From positions 3,667 to 67,666 of the forward strand of contig JACRKX010000027.1 in the NCBI GenBank assembly GCA_016219715.1: a stretch of 64,000 nucleotides of DNA, read 5' to 3'. Source of the DNA: Actinomycetota bacterium. Its GTDB lineage: Bacteria > Actinomycetota > Thermoleophilia > Solirubrobacterales > JACPNS01. Position 1 is the first letter of the stretch; the number at the start of each line of letters is the position of its first letter. A program made the position numbers and the translations under genes. The notes beneath the pieces are model-generated. The model was not told where the DNA came from and searched no databases. It saw only the letters and a list, made by a program, of their open reading frames with translations. Below, piece by piece: positions 18,217 through 27,733 of the stretch.

Positions 18217-19308
18217 ATGAGCGTTGACGTCCAGACAATCTCCTTCGCGCGCGGCGCCCCGTCGCTCGATCTGATCCCGGTCGAAGAGCTGAAGGCTTCG
18301 GCCGTCAACGCATTCACCAACGATCCCGCCGGCACATTCGGCTACGGCACGGCAGTGGGCTATCAGCCGCTGCGCGAATGGATCGCCGAGCAGCACGATG
18401 TCGACGCCAGTCGCGTGATCGTCACCAACGGTTCGCTGCACGCCTGCTCGATGATGTTCGACCGGCTCGTGGCGCCCAGCGACAAGATCGTGATCGAGCA
18501 GCCGCTCTACGACCGCTCGTTGCTGATGCTGCGCCAGCGCGGTGCCGACCTCGTCGGTGTCGCGCTCGAGCACGACGGCCTCGACGTGGCCAAGCTCGAA
18601 GATGCGCTTGAGGCCGGCCTCGCCCCGAAGTTCGTTTATGTGATCCCTCACTTCCACAACCCCGGTGGCTGCACACTCTCGCTCGAGAAGCGCAACCGGC
18701 TAGTCGAACTCGCCAACGAATACGACTTCCTGATCGTCGAAGACGACCCGTACCGCGACGTCGCCTTCGAGGGCGAGCCGCTGCCGTCGATGCTCTCGAT
18801 GGACGACTCGGGCGAGCGAGTCTTCTACATGTGCTCGTTCACGAAGACCGTCTGCCCCGGCCTGCGGGTCGGGTACGCGATTGCCAGCCCATCGGTGACC
18901 AGAGACCTCGTCACGGCCGGCACCAACACTTACATCTCTCCGGGCATGGTCAGCGAGTCGATTCTCAACGACTTCCTACGCGGCGGCAAGCTCGAGCCCG
19001 CGATCGCAAACGTGCGGCGCGCGCTCCGCGAACGGCGTGACGCGCTGACCGGCGCGCTCAGGGAGTTTGTCCCGGAGGCACGCTTCGTCGTGCCCACAGG
19101 CGGCTACTTCCTGTGGGTCGACCTTCCCGAAAGCGTCGACACCGACACGCTCGCCGTTCGGGCCGCCGAGGCCGGTGTGCCGATCACGCCGGGCAGCGAC
19201 TTCTCGCTGAAGGGCGGTCGCAGCAGCATGCGCCTCAGCTACAGCAGCGCTTCGCCGGAGCATATTCGCGCCGGCGTCGAGCGCCTTGCTTCGCTGATAA
19301 ACGCCTAA
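18217..19308 (+). CDS. PLP-dependent aminotransferase, class I/II (2-aminoadipate/aromatic aminotransferase-like)
   Basis: 363 aa, fold-type I pattern. PLP lysine context SFTKTVCPGLRVGY; YVIPHFHNPGG. Confidence 0.8.
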   Translation: MSVDVQTISFARGAPSLDLIPVEELKASAVNAFTNDPAGTFGYGTAVGYQPLREWIAEQHDVDASRVIVTNGSLHACSMMFDRLVAPSDKIVIEQPLYDRSLLMLRQRGADLVGVALEHDGLDVAKLEDALEAGLAPKFVYVIPHFHNPGGCTLSLEKRNRLVELANEYDFLIVEDDPYRDVAFEGEPLPSMLSMDDSGERVFYMCSFTKTVCPGLRVGYAIASPSVTRDLVTAGTNTYISPGMVSESILNDFLRGGKLEPAIANVRRALRERRDALTGALREFVPEARFVVPTGGYFLWVDLPESVDTDTLAVRAAEAGVPITPGSDFSLKGGRSSMRLSYSSASPEHIRAGVERLASLINA

Positions 19309-19315
19309 CCAAACG

Positions 19316-19345
19316 CGTAACGGCCGCACGATGGCGGCCGTTACG
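19316..19345. terminator. Bidirectional stem-loop between convergent genes
   Basis: Perfect 12-bp inverted repeat CGTAACGGCCGC-acgatg-GCGGCCGTTACG. Confidence 0.6.
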
Positions 19346-19457
19346 AGGACCGAAACACACTGCCGTTTCCGACGGCGCCGTTCGGCTCACGAACACACCG
19401 CCACCGCCGCGGGGGGATCCGACGGCGGCAGCGGTATGTCGTTTCGGTCAATGTTGG

Positions 19458-22400
19458 CTACAGGCAGCCAGAGATCGCAATCGTCTGGGTGCGAGTCACG
19501 TTCGCCGTACCGGAGTACGGGATGAACGTCGAGCTGGCGGGCGTTGAGTCCTGGCAGGTCGGGTCGGTTGCACCGGCCACCTTCAGGATCTTGCCCGAGA
19601 GCGGGCCGTTGACACCGGCACGTGCCGGCCCATCGAGCACCATGTTGATGTTGCTCATCTGGACGTCGGGGACGTTGTTGAACATGACGGAGATCTGCGT
19701 CTGGCAGAAGCCCATCGGGTCCAGCAACGGGTCACAACTGGGGTCGACCTGCGGCGTCGAGGTCACGCCGGTGAGGCGAACGTCGATACCCGGTTCGGCG
19801 AGCTTGACGCCGAGCCACGGGATCGGGCTCTTCTCGATCAGGTAGACCTGGCCAACCAGGTCGTGGGGCAGCAGCGGCGTGTCGATCGTCATGCTGCCGA
19901 CCAGGGCCTGCGACGGGCAGACACTCGGGTCGAAGATCGACGTCGGGCTCGGCGCCGCGGCAGCCGGGCACTGGTCGGCCGACGTACCGAACGACGGGAA
20001 GTTCGGCGCGACGGTCGGCGGCATGTTCACACGGATCGTGCGAGCGGCCGAGTTGTCGACGCCGAATCCGAGGTTGGCGAGAACGCCAGTCTCGGAGCCA
20101 GCCGACGGGTTGGTCAGCGTCAGGTTGATCGTCGGGTTGAACGGAACCGTGCTGCAGCCGGTGGCCTGGAACGGAACGTTGAACACCTCTGACTGGCTGT
20201 TGTCCCACGCGGTACCCGTGCTGATCCATGCGCTGGCGGCGCAGGAGCTGGGGTTCGTGAGGAACGAGCCCGAGCCAGACAGGTTGACCGTCAGGTTCGA
20301 GGCGTTGATCGACGTACCGTTGACCTCCAGCGGGATGCTGCGCAGGTCGAGGTACTGGTTCTTGCCGTTGTCGACCAGGTACGCGCCACCCTGGGTGATC
20401 AGGGTGCCGAACGAGAACTGGATCTCGGCGGCGACTCCGCCGGCGTCAGCACCGGTCGGACCCTCGGTCAGGTACAGGTTGCCGGTACCCGTCTCGCTGC
20501 CGCTGAACGTGTCGACCGTCAGCGATGCGGTGCCGATCTGAGACGCTGCGGCACAGTTGCCGGCCGCGGCGTCGGCGTTGGTGCAGGTCGGGCGAGCCGA
20601 GAGGCTGGCCGCGAAACCGTTCGGCATCTTCAGAGCGATCTGCTTCGGCTGACCGCCGGTGATGTTGAAGGACGCCGAGACGTTCGGGTGACCGACTGCC
20701 TGCGTGGTGCTGACGTTGATCGTCGGCGACACGCTGAAGTTGCCGGTCTCGACGGTGAACGTGGCACTGGCGGGCGTAGCGTCCTCGACCGTGCCCACGA
20801 CGGCCTTCACCTGGAAGGTGTGGCTGCCGTCGGCCAGCGGCTCGAGCGTGGTCGGCGAGTTGCACGGAGCGAACGTCGCCGCGTCGACGCGGCACTGGAA
20901 CGTGGCCGAGGCGTTGTTCGAGCTGAACGAGAACGTCGGGGTCGTGTCCGGCGTTGTAGCCGGCGGTCCCGCCGTGATCGTCGTCTCAGGCGCCGTCTGG
21001 CAGTTGACCACGTTGTAGTTCGAGGTACGCGTGACCTGCGTGCCGTTGCCGCTGGTGGCGGCGGTGCCGTTGAATCCGGTGATGACGGCCGTGACGGTCT
21101 TGGAGCCACACGTCGGCGGGTTCTTGTAGACCGGCTTGTCGATCGTCAGGCGGAAGTTGCCGAACGGCAACTGCGGAATGCGGTCGAACGTGGAGTACAC
21201 GCGGCCGGTGCCGGCGTTGGCGTCGCCGCGCGTGCCGAGCGTTCCGCGGAAGATGACCACGGTGTCACCGGGGCCGATCAACTCGACTCCGATCGGGATC
21301 TGGTTGCCGACGCCCATCGCGTACACGTTGCCGGTGAGACCCGGCTGCGCGGCGTTGGTCGGGTTCGGCAGGTACTTCGAGAATGCGGCCGCGTTACCGA
21401 TGATCGAGCTGGCCGGGCAGGCGCGTGCCTGCAGCTGCTCTTCGGTGCAGTTGGTCACGCCCGAGAGCGCGACGAGGTCGAGGCCCGATCCGACAGGCAG
21501 ATCGACGTCGACGATCTTCGGCAGAGCGTTCTGGATCGTCGCGTCCGCTTCCGGAATCGTGATCGTGAAGTTCGCCTTGCCGGCGCCGTTGGCGTTCGGA
21601 TTATCTGCGCTGAACGACATTCCCGGGTTGAACGGGACGCTCGAGCAGCCAGTCGGCGTGAACGTCTTGGTTGCCGATGACGAAACGTTCTGGTACGAAA
21701 CGAGCGTGACCTTCGCGGTGGCCGTCAGGCAGCTGCCCGTCTGCGTAGCGAAGTACGGACCGGCCGGCGGATTCGTGGTGCACGAGCCCCACCAGTTGCA
21801 GCTCTGCGTCGGAGTGCCGGAGCGCGACTGGAAGTTCAGCGCCAGGCTGTTCATCGTGATGTCGCCCTGAATCGTCGGCGTCCAGAAGATCAGCGGAATG
21901 CCGATCGTCGCCGTGCGCGGAGCGCCCGGCGTGTAAGTGCGCAGACCCGAATCCTCGTAGGACCGCACTGTGATGCCGGTCTTGAGGAAGATCTTCTCCG
22001 GCTGGGCGCAGAAGACGAAGAGGATGCAGATCCTTTCGGGACGCAGCGTCATGCCCAGAGTCGCTACCTGGCCGGGAGCCGAGGTGATGATGTCGACTGA
22101 ACCTGGGATCGAGAGATCGAGCAGACTGAGCGCCTTGACGCCCGCCGTCATTGTTCCGACCTGCGAGTTCGCCGGACAGGCATCGGCGTTGAACTGCGCG
22201 TTCGTGCACTTCGGATTCGCCGACTCCGGATTGGCAAAGACGCCGGTCGGCAGGTCGATCTGCACGTCCTTCAGGTCTTCGCTCTCGCTTCCCTGGCGAT
22301 TGAACGACAGGCTGAAGTTCGGGTGTCCAGCGGCCTGAAGCGTGGAATTCGTGTAGTTGAAATTCGCGACGTTGAACGCGTTAGCGTTCGCCGCGCCGAG

Positions 22401-22490
22401 CAGCAGGAACGCGGCAAAACAAGTCGCCGCGACCGCAAACGCTATGGCGTTGCGACGCAGCGCCCCCGCGCTCCGGATAGATGGAGACAT
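19458..22490 (-). CDS. Large secreted cysteine-rich protein built of two homologous ~450-aa modules separated by an Ig-like domain. Function unknown.
   Basis: The likely start is the ATG at 22490, which gives signal peptide MSPSIRSAGALRRNAIAFAVAATCFAAFLLLGAANANA. The track start at 22553 adds 21 non-signal residues. Module motifs occur twice: AAGHPNFSLSFNRQG / AVGHPNVSASFNITGG, CTNAQFNADACPANSQVGT / CTNADAAAGNCAAASQIGT, GCSSVPFNPGMSF / GCSTVPFNPTINL. The central domain is TPTFSFSS..ATFQCRVD...CNSP..L.DGSHTFQVKAV. Confidence 0.75.
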   Translation of the reverse strand: MSPSIRSAGALRRNAIAFAVAATCFAAFLLLGAANANAFNVANFNYTNSTLQAAGHPNFSLSFNRQGSESEDLKDVQIDLPTGVFANPESANPKCTNAQFNADACPANSQVGTMTAGVKALSLLDLSIPGSVDIITSAPGQVATLGMTLRPERICILFVFCAQPEKIFLKTGITVRSYEDSGLRTYTPGAPRTATIGIPLIFWTPTIQGDITMNSLALNFQSRSGTPTQSCNWWGSCTTNPPAGPYFATQTGSCLTATAKVTLVSYQNVSSSATKTFTPTGCSSVPFNPGMSFSADNPNANGAGKANFTITIPEADATIQNALPKIVDVDLPVGSGLDLVALSGVTNCTEEQLQARACPASSIIGNAAAFSKYLPNPTNAAQPGLTGNVYAMGVGNQIPIGVELIGPGDTVVIFRGTLGTRGDANAGTGRVYSTFDRIPQLPFGNFRLTIDKPVYKNPPTCGSKTVTAVITGFNGTAATSGNGTQVTRTSNYNVVNCQTAPETTITAGPPATTPDTTPTFSFSSNNASATFQCRVDAATFAPCNSPTTLEPLADGSHTFQVKAVVGTVEDATPASATFTVETGNFSVSPTINVSTTQAVGHPNVSASFNITGGQPKQIALKMPNGFAASLSARPTCTNADAAAGNCAAASQIGTASLTVDTFSGSETGTGNLYLTEGPTGADAGGVAAEIQFSFGTLITQGGAYLVDNGKNQYLDLRSIPLEVNGTSINASNLTVNLSGSGSFLTNPSSCAASAWISTGTAWDNSQSEVFNVPFQATGCSTVPFNPTINLTLTNPSAGSETGVLANLGFGVDNSAARTIRVNMPPTVAPNFPSFGTSADQCPAAAAPSPTSIFDPSVCPSQALVGSMTIDTPLLPHDLVGQVYLIEKSPIPWLGVKLAEPGIDVRLTGVTSTPQVDPSCDPLLDPMGFCQTQISVMFNNVPDVQMSNINMVLDGPARAGVNGPLSGKILKVAGATDPTCQDSTPASSTFIPYSGTANVTRTQTIAISGCL

Positions 22491-22673
22491 GGTGTTCAAG
22501 ATCGACCCCCCAAAAAGATCGTCTGGGCCGAGCGTGCCGGCCTTGGATACCAACTGATTCGTGATGGAACGAGCCGCGTTTTAACCGGACGCACTCGCTG
22601 TGGGCCAACCGACCGAACACCCATTCGGCTGGTTGGACCAGGACAACATAGCGAAAACTTTCAAGATATTCAA

Positions 22674-22689
22674 CTCACATTACTGTGAG
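22674..22689. promoter_or_regulatory. Palindrome CTCACA-ttac-TGTGAG in the AT-richer upstream region of the large secreted protein gene
   Basis: 6-bp perfect arms, read directly. The half-sites are the TGTGA/TCACA type used by CRP/FNR-family regulators, but with inverted order and non-canonical spacing. Confidence 0.3.
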
Positions 22690-22757
22690 AACCGGGACGT
22701 TCCTAAAACTAGGGATCTCCTGGCGATCTTGTCGGCGGACCAAATACGGCCGCCAAG

Positions 22758-24230
22758 TCAGGCCGGCTTGCCTCTTCGTGCCGGATTTTTCGCCGCGGGT
22801 TTCTTGTCGTTCAGCTTCTTCAGGACCTTCGATTCCGCGGGGTTGACGGCGATCTTGTCGGTGAGCTCTTTGATCTGACCGGCGGTCTTGGCGGGAAGTT
22901 CCTTGATACCGGCGGCTTTGTCGCGCGGCTCGACCTGCTTCTGCAGCTCTTTCTCGAGCGCCTTGGCGACACGCTCGCGTTCCTTGGCCTGCCGCTCACT
23001 GCTCTTCTCGGCGGCGGCCTCGGCCTTCTCGCGCTCGCGCTCCGCGCGTCGCTGATCGCGCTCGGCCTGCTCGAGCGCCTTCGCCGCGGCCTTCTCGCGT
23101 TCGCGACCGCCGCGCGCGCGAACGCGGAAAATCTCCAGCGGCTGCTCGATTCCCTTGAAGCGTCGCTTGCCGATCTCGGTCCAGTCGTAGACGCGCTCGT
23201 AACGCTCGTTCAGCTCGCCGGTGGCGATGACCGAACCGGGGCGGGCGACGTCGCAGAGCCGGCTGGCGTAGTTGACCGGCGGGCCGTAGACGTCGCCACC
23301 GCGCAGCAGTGCCTCGCCGACGGCGATGCCGGCGGCCAGCTGTGGGAAACCTTCGGGCTCTTTGTCGACCGCCGCGACCAGAGCCAATGCGGCGTCGATC
23401 AGCGCATCAGAGTCGGGCGAGACGAGCATGACCGCGTCGCCGATCGTCTTGACCAACCGTACCGGCGGCTCGACGACCTCGACGGTTATCGCGTTGAGCC
23501 GCTCGGCGATCGATCCCAGCTCGTCTGCGCGCACCTGCTCGCCGAGCGACGTGAAGCCGACGAGATCGGCGAAGCAGACCGCAATCTCACGCGTGTCTGA
23601 TAGCAGATCCATCGTGGCGGGATTGCCGAGCACGTCGGCGCGCGTGGCTTCGCGGAGGTGCAGGTTGAAGAGGTGCTGCAGGACGAAGCCGAACTCCGGC
23701 GACGTCATCCGCGTGATCTCGGCGTAGCGCACCGCGATGTCGTGCTCGTCGTCGTCGGGCCGCAGGAAGGTGGTAAGGATCTGCCGCTCGACCGTGGCGG
23801 CAAGCTGCGAGAGACCCGAGCCGAGCACGCGGTTGATCTCGCGGATTCCCTCGAGCGACATGCCCATCGCGAGGTTGGCGCGAACGGCGCGCATCACTTT
23901 CACGTCGTAGTCGCTGAACGCCTTCTGCTCTAGTGCCGGCTGGGCCAGGCCCAACGCACGGCGCAAATCAAGAAAGAGGTCGAGGTCGACGTCGGCCATC
24001 TCGGCGACCTGGGCGGCGTCGTACTTCGGCTCGCCGCCGAGCGCGCGCTCGACCGGCAGCAGCATCAACCGCTCTTCGGCGGCGGCCTGCTTGACCTCTT
24101 CCAGCGGCACGCCCTCGTCGTCGAGCAGGTAATCGAGCAATCGCCTGCGCGCATCGAGCGCGGACGTCTCAACGCCTTCGAACAGGCCCTCGGCCTGGTA
24201 GTCGACTGTCTCACTCAGCTTGTCGGGCAC
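22758..24230 (-). CDS. Class III adenylate/guanylate cyclase with an N-terminal helical sensor region and a long Lys/Glu/Ala-rich C-terminal tail
   Basis: Cyclase core VCFADLVGFTSLGE ... VKTIGDAVMLVS ... GPPVNYASRL. The tail has EREREKAEAAAEK ... KKPAAKNPARRGKPA. Confidence 0.8.
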   Translation of the reverse strand: MPDKLSETVDYQAEGLFEGVETSALDARRRLLDYLLDDEGVPLEEVKQAAAEERLMLLPVERALGGEPKYDAAQVAEMADVDLDLFLDLRRALGLAQPALEQKAFSDYDVKVMRAVRANLAMGMSLEGIREINRVLGSGLSQLAATVERQILTTFLRPDDDEHDIAVRYAEITRMTSPEFGFVLQHLFNLHLREATRADVLGNPATMDLLSDTREIAVCFADLVGFTSLGEQVRADELGSIAERLNAITVEVVEPPVRLVKTIGDAVMLVSPDSDALIDAALALVAAVDKEPEGFPQLAAGIAVGEALLRGGDVYGPPVNYASRLCDVARPGSVIATGELNERYERVYDWTEIGKRRFKGIEQPLEIFRVRARGGREREKAAAKALEQAERDQRRAEREREKAEAAAEKSSERQAKERERVAKALEKELQKQVEPRDKAAGIKELPAKTAGQIKELTDKIAVNPAESKVLKKLNDKKPAAKNPARRGKPA

Positions 24231-24295
24231 CGCTGAAACCTATCGGCCGAAAGCGGTGCGAGGCGCCAATCCCGGCCGGAAACCTGGACGTGCGG

Positions 24296-25018
24296 CTAGC
24301 GGCCGTAGCGTTCCTTGGCCAGAACTAGCTGCTCTGGCAGCGCGGTGCGCGGCGGCGGTGACGGATCGGCGGTGACGGAGATCGTCTCGGCGACCGAAGT
24401 GGTCAGCACGTGCTCGCCCTTTCCGGAACGGATCGCGACCTCGTCGTCGCCGGTCGATTCGACTACGGCGTCGAGACCGGGATAGACACCCGAGTTCATC
24501 AAGTAGTGCAACAGGTCTTCGGCCTCGTTCTCGAAGCGGAGGATGGTGACCTTCGCGCCCGCGTCGCAGTCGGCCAGAGGCACGCCCGGTACGCGGTCGG
24601 CCGGATCGATCGGATGGCCGTGCGGGCAGTTCTTGGCATCGCCGATCGCGGCCAACATGCGCTCCTCGAGGACCGGCGACATGGCGTGCTCGAGCCGCTC
24701 GGCCTCCTCGTGTACTTCATCCCACGGGATGCCGAGCACGTCGGTGAGAAAGCGCTCGATCATGCGATGTCGGCGCACGATTGCCTCGGCGTGTTCGAGG
24801 CCGCTCTTCGTGAACTTCAGCGACTTGTCGTCGCGTCGCGTGATGTAGCCGTCTTTCTCGAGGCGGTTGACCATCTCGTGCACGGTCGGCGCCGAGAGCT
24901 GCATGGCGCGGGCGACGTTGGCTCCGGTCATTGGCAGACCGGCCTCCTGCAGCCAGAAGATCGACTGTAGGTACTCCTCTTCGGCGACTGTCGCGTGGTC
25001 GTGGGCCATCGGCGGCAT
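24296..25018 (-). CDS. DtxR/IdeR/MntR-family metal-dependent transcriptional regulator
   Basis: EEEYLQSIFWLQE, an HTH (ANVARAMQLSAPTVHEMVNRLEKDGYI), metal-site HRMIERFL...WDEVHEEAERLEH, and an SH3/FeoA-like C-terminal domain. The long upstream extension of track ORF 24296-25849 overlaps the glycerate kinase gene and is Ala/Arg/Pro/Ser-rich junk. Confidence 0.85.
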   Translation of the reverse strand: MPPMAHDHATVAEEEYLQSIFWLQEAGLPMTGANVARAMQLSAPTVHEMVNRLEKDGYITRRDDKSLKFTKSGLEHAEAIVRRHRMIERFLTDVLGIPWDEVHEEAERLEHAMSPVLEERMLAAIGDAKNCPHGHPIDPADRVPGVPLADCDAGAKVTILRFENEAEDLLHYLMNSGVYPGLDAVVESTGDDEVAIRSGKGEHVLTTSVAETISVTADPSPPPRTALPEQLVLAKERYGR

Positions 25019-25058
25019 CCTACCTGAGCAGGCATCGCGCGCCGTTAGTCTGCCGCGC

Positions 25059-26075
25059 ATGTCAAACGCTCGCCCGGTGCTGGTCGCGCCCGACAAGTTC
25101 AAAGGCACGCTGAGCGCCGCGCAGGTGGCGACGGCACTCGCGGAAGGCCTCGCACGGGCGGGAATCGTAAGCGATCTCTGCCGTGTCGCCGACGGCGGCG
25201 AGGGAACGCTCGACGTGCTGACCGATGGGGTCGAGCACGAGCTGCTGCAGGTGCCGGCAAGCGACGCGCTGGGACGGAAGGTCGAGGCGCGCGTGGCAGT
25301 GTTTGCCGGTGGCCGGACCGCGGTGATCGAGACGGCAGACGCAATCGGCCTCTCGCTGATCGCCGGAAGCGAACGCGACGCAGTAGCGGCAAGTTCGCGC
25401 GGCGCGGGCGAGTTGATCGCCGCCGCGGCCGCGACCGGCGTGCGCGAAGTGCTGGTCGGAGTCGGCGGCACGGCGATGACCGACGGCGGTATGGGCGCCA
25501 TCGAGGCACTGCGCGAGGCAAACCTGATCGGCGTCCGCGGGCCCGGCAAGCGGCTGCCGAAGCTGATCGTGCTCTGCGACGCGCGCGCCGGCTGGCAGCA
25601 GGCGGTCAGTGTCTTCAGCGAGCAGAAGGGCGCGGGTCCCCGCGAACGCGAGCTGCTGACCGCGCGCTTCGAGCGGCTCGCCGGCGAGCTACCGCGCGAT
25701 CCGCGCGAGGTGCTTTTCACCGGCTGTGGCGGCGGTCTAGCCGGCGGCCTGTGGGCTTGCGCCGGTGCCGAACTGAAGAGCGGCGCGGCAGTGGTGCTCG
25801 ACCGTCTCGACTTCAGTGCCCGGATGGTCGCCTCGCGCGCCGTGATCACCGGCGAGGGCTGCCTCGACCATCAGACCCTGCTTGGCAAGGCCGTCGGCGA
25901 GATCGCCACCCGCGCTCGCCAGAGCGGCGTGCCATGCCACGCAATCGTCGGCCGCCGCGGTATGACCGAGTTCGACGCACGGATCCTCGACTTCGAAACG
26001 GTGACCGAGGCCGGCAGCGAAGCGACTATTGCCGACGCGGCCGAGCGACTGGCACCGGTGCTGGCAACAAGTTAA
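25059..26075 (+). CDS. glxK: Glycerate kinase
   Basis: N-terminus VLVAPDKFKGTLSA from the ATG at 25059, GGEGT, and C-terminal ITGEGCLDHQTLLGK, all typical of the glycerate kinase family. Confidence 0.8.
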   Translation: MSNARPVLVAPDKFKGTLSAAQVATALAEGLARAGIVSDLCRVADGGEGTLDVLTDGVEHELLQVPASDALGRKVEARVAVFAGGRTAVIETADAIGLSLIAGSERDAVAASSRGAGELIAAAAATGVREVLVGVGGTAMTDGGMGAIEALREANLIGVRGPGKRLPKLIVLCDARAGWQQAVSVFSEQKGAGPRERELLTARFERLAGELPRDPREVLFTGCGGGLAGGLWACAGAELKSGAAVVLDRLDFSARMVASRAVITGEGCLDHQTLLGKAVGEIATRARQSGVPCHAIVGRRGMTEFDARILDFETVTEAGSEATIADAAERLAPVLATS

Positions 26076-26146
26076 GCGTCTAGCTTGTCGAGCGCGTCCA
26101 AGTCAGCCAGGTCCTGCGGCCGGCCGGCGAAAACGCTCGGTCCGTT

Positions 26147-27733
26147 CTACGGCCGCGACGGGTCGATCAGGCAGCCTGGATTGAGCACGCCCGCGGGATC
26201 GAGTTCGGCCTTCGCCGCACGCAGTGCAGCGGCGAACGCTTCCGGACGCTGGCGGTCGTACCACGGCCGGTGATCCCGGCCGACTGCGTGGTGATGGGTG
26301 ATCGACGCGCCCTGAGTCGTCAGCACGTCGGAGACCGCCTCCTTGATCGCCTGCCACTGCGCCACCTCCTCGCCGCGGTCGGCGCGCGCGAGCACGGTGA
26401 AGTACGGCGCCGGGCCGTCGGGGTAGACGTGGGTGAACCGGCACGTGACCTTCACCGGAGCGGCAGCGGCGCGCTGCGCCACCGCGACCACACCTTCGCG
26501 CAGAGCCGCGAACCGCTCCCAGGTCGTGACCGTCTCGAACGTCTCCGCCAGTACGCCACAGGCGACGAGCGTGTCGCGCAGACGAGGTGCTCGCATGAAG
26601 GTCTCGCGCCAGTTGGCGGCGCCTTCGCCGCTGCCGCCGCCCTCGATCGTCTCTCCGCCACACTCACGGGCGATCGTCACGCACTGATCGAAACGGTCGG
26701 TCACGTCCGCGCCCGCGGACTCGAAGCCCAGCACCAGCAGGTGACCGCTGCCGTCACCGGCCATCGTGAAGCGTGCCTCCTCGGCCTCGATCAGGCGGCA
26801 GTTGCTCGGCCGCAGACCCGACTGGGCGATCGCGCGCACGGCCTCGGCGCCACCGGCGAAATCGGCGAACAGCACCGACGCCTGTGCCCGCTCGGTCGGT
26901 CGTAGACGGATCTTCACCCAGGCCTCGGTGACCACCCCGAGCGTCCCCTCCGAACCGAGCAACATGCGATCGGGCGACACGCCCGCGCCCGACGCGGGCA
27001 GCCTGAAGCTCTCCCACGCGCCACTCGGTGTGATCGCGCGGATCGACTCGGTCAGGTCGTCGATGTGCGTCTCGACGGTCGCGAAGTGGCCGCCGGCGCG
27101 GGTGACGATCCAGCCGCCGAGCGTTGCGAGCGCGAACGACTGCGGATAGAAGCGCATCGTCATTCCGTGAGCCTCGAGCTGGCGCTCGAGCACGGGACCA
27201 GACGCTCCGGCCTGGATCCGCGCCGCGCCGCTGACCTCGTCGAGTTCGAGCAGCTTGTCGAGCCGTGTCGTGTCGAGCGTGAGCGTGCCGTCGTATCCCG
27301 AGGGCACCTCGGGACGCACACCGCCAACCACCGACGTGCCGCCGCCGTACGGGATCACGGCGACGTTGGCGCCGGCCGCCCATTCGAGCACTCGCTCGAT
27401 CTCGCTCTCGTCACGCGGCCGGGCGACGAGATCGGGCGCGAAGCGGAAGTCTCCGCGAAAGGCGCGCACGACATCTTGATACGAGCGACCCCAAGCGCGT
27501 TCGGCCCGTTCACGCGGATCGGCCGACACGAAGCCGGTCAGGGCCTGCGGGGTCTCCACGCGAGGCGCGGCGACGCGCGACTCGTCGAACGCGACCGGCG
27601 CCTCGGCCGTGCCGTCGAGTTCGAGATCGAGGAACCCGCCGAAGTGGGGAGCGGCCTGCGCCAGCTCATCGGCGGACGGCTCATCGTCGACCGTGCCCCA
27701 CGCCCAGAGACTGCGGGGGGCCGCCATGTTCAC
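26147..27733 (-). CDS. FAD-linked oxidase (AGPS / GlcD-like PCMH-type flavoprotein)
   Basis: 528 aa with the FAD-binding motif IPYGGGTSVVGG. Its start overlaps or abuts the stop of the upstream HAD gene. Confidence 0.8.
   Translation of the reverse strand: MNMAAPRSLWAWGTVDDEPSADELAQAAPHFGGFLDLELDGTAEAPVAFDESRVAAPRVETPQALTGFVSADPRERAERAWGRSYQDVVRAFRGDFRFAPDLVARPRDESEIERVLEWAAGANVAVIPYGGGTSVVGGVRPEVPSGYDGTLTLDTTRLDKLLELDEVSGAARIQAGASGPVLERQLEAHGMTMRFYPQSFALATLGGWIVTRAGGHFATVETHIDDLTESIRAITPSGAWESFRLPASGAGVSPDRMLLGSEGTLGVVTEAWVKIRLRPTERAQASVLFADFAGGAEAVRAIAQSGLRPSNCRLIEAEEARFTMAGDGSGHLLVLGFESAGADVTDRFDQCVTIARECGGETIEGGGSGEGAANWRETFMRAPRLRDTLVACGVLAETFETVTTWERFAALREGVVAVAQRAAAAPVKVTCRFTHVYPDGPAPYFTVLARADRGEEVAQWQAIKEAVSDVLTTQGASITHHHAVGRDHRPWYDRQRPEAFAAALRAAKAELDPAGVLNPGCLIDPSRP

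Noticed and set aside
25019-25058. A DtxR/IdeR operator in the 40-bp divergent region between the regulator and glycerate kinase.
   Set aside because: There is only a weak 4-bp-arm palindrome (CCTG-ag/c-AGG), with no resemblance to the TTAGGTTAGGCTAACCTAA-type iron box.
24296-25849. The full 517-aa ORF as one gene.
   Set aside because: Only the C-terminal 240 aa (from the ATG at 25018) is DtxR-like. The N-terminal 277 aa is Ala/Arg/Pro/Ser-rich and is antisense to the well-supported glycerate kinase gene.
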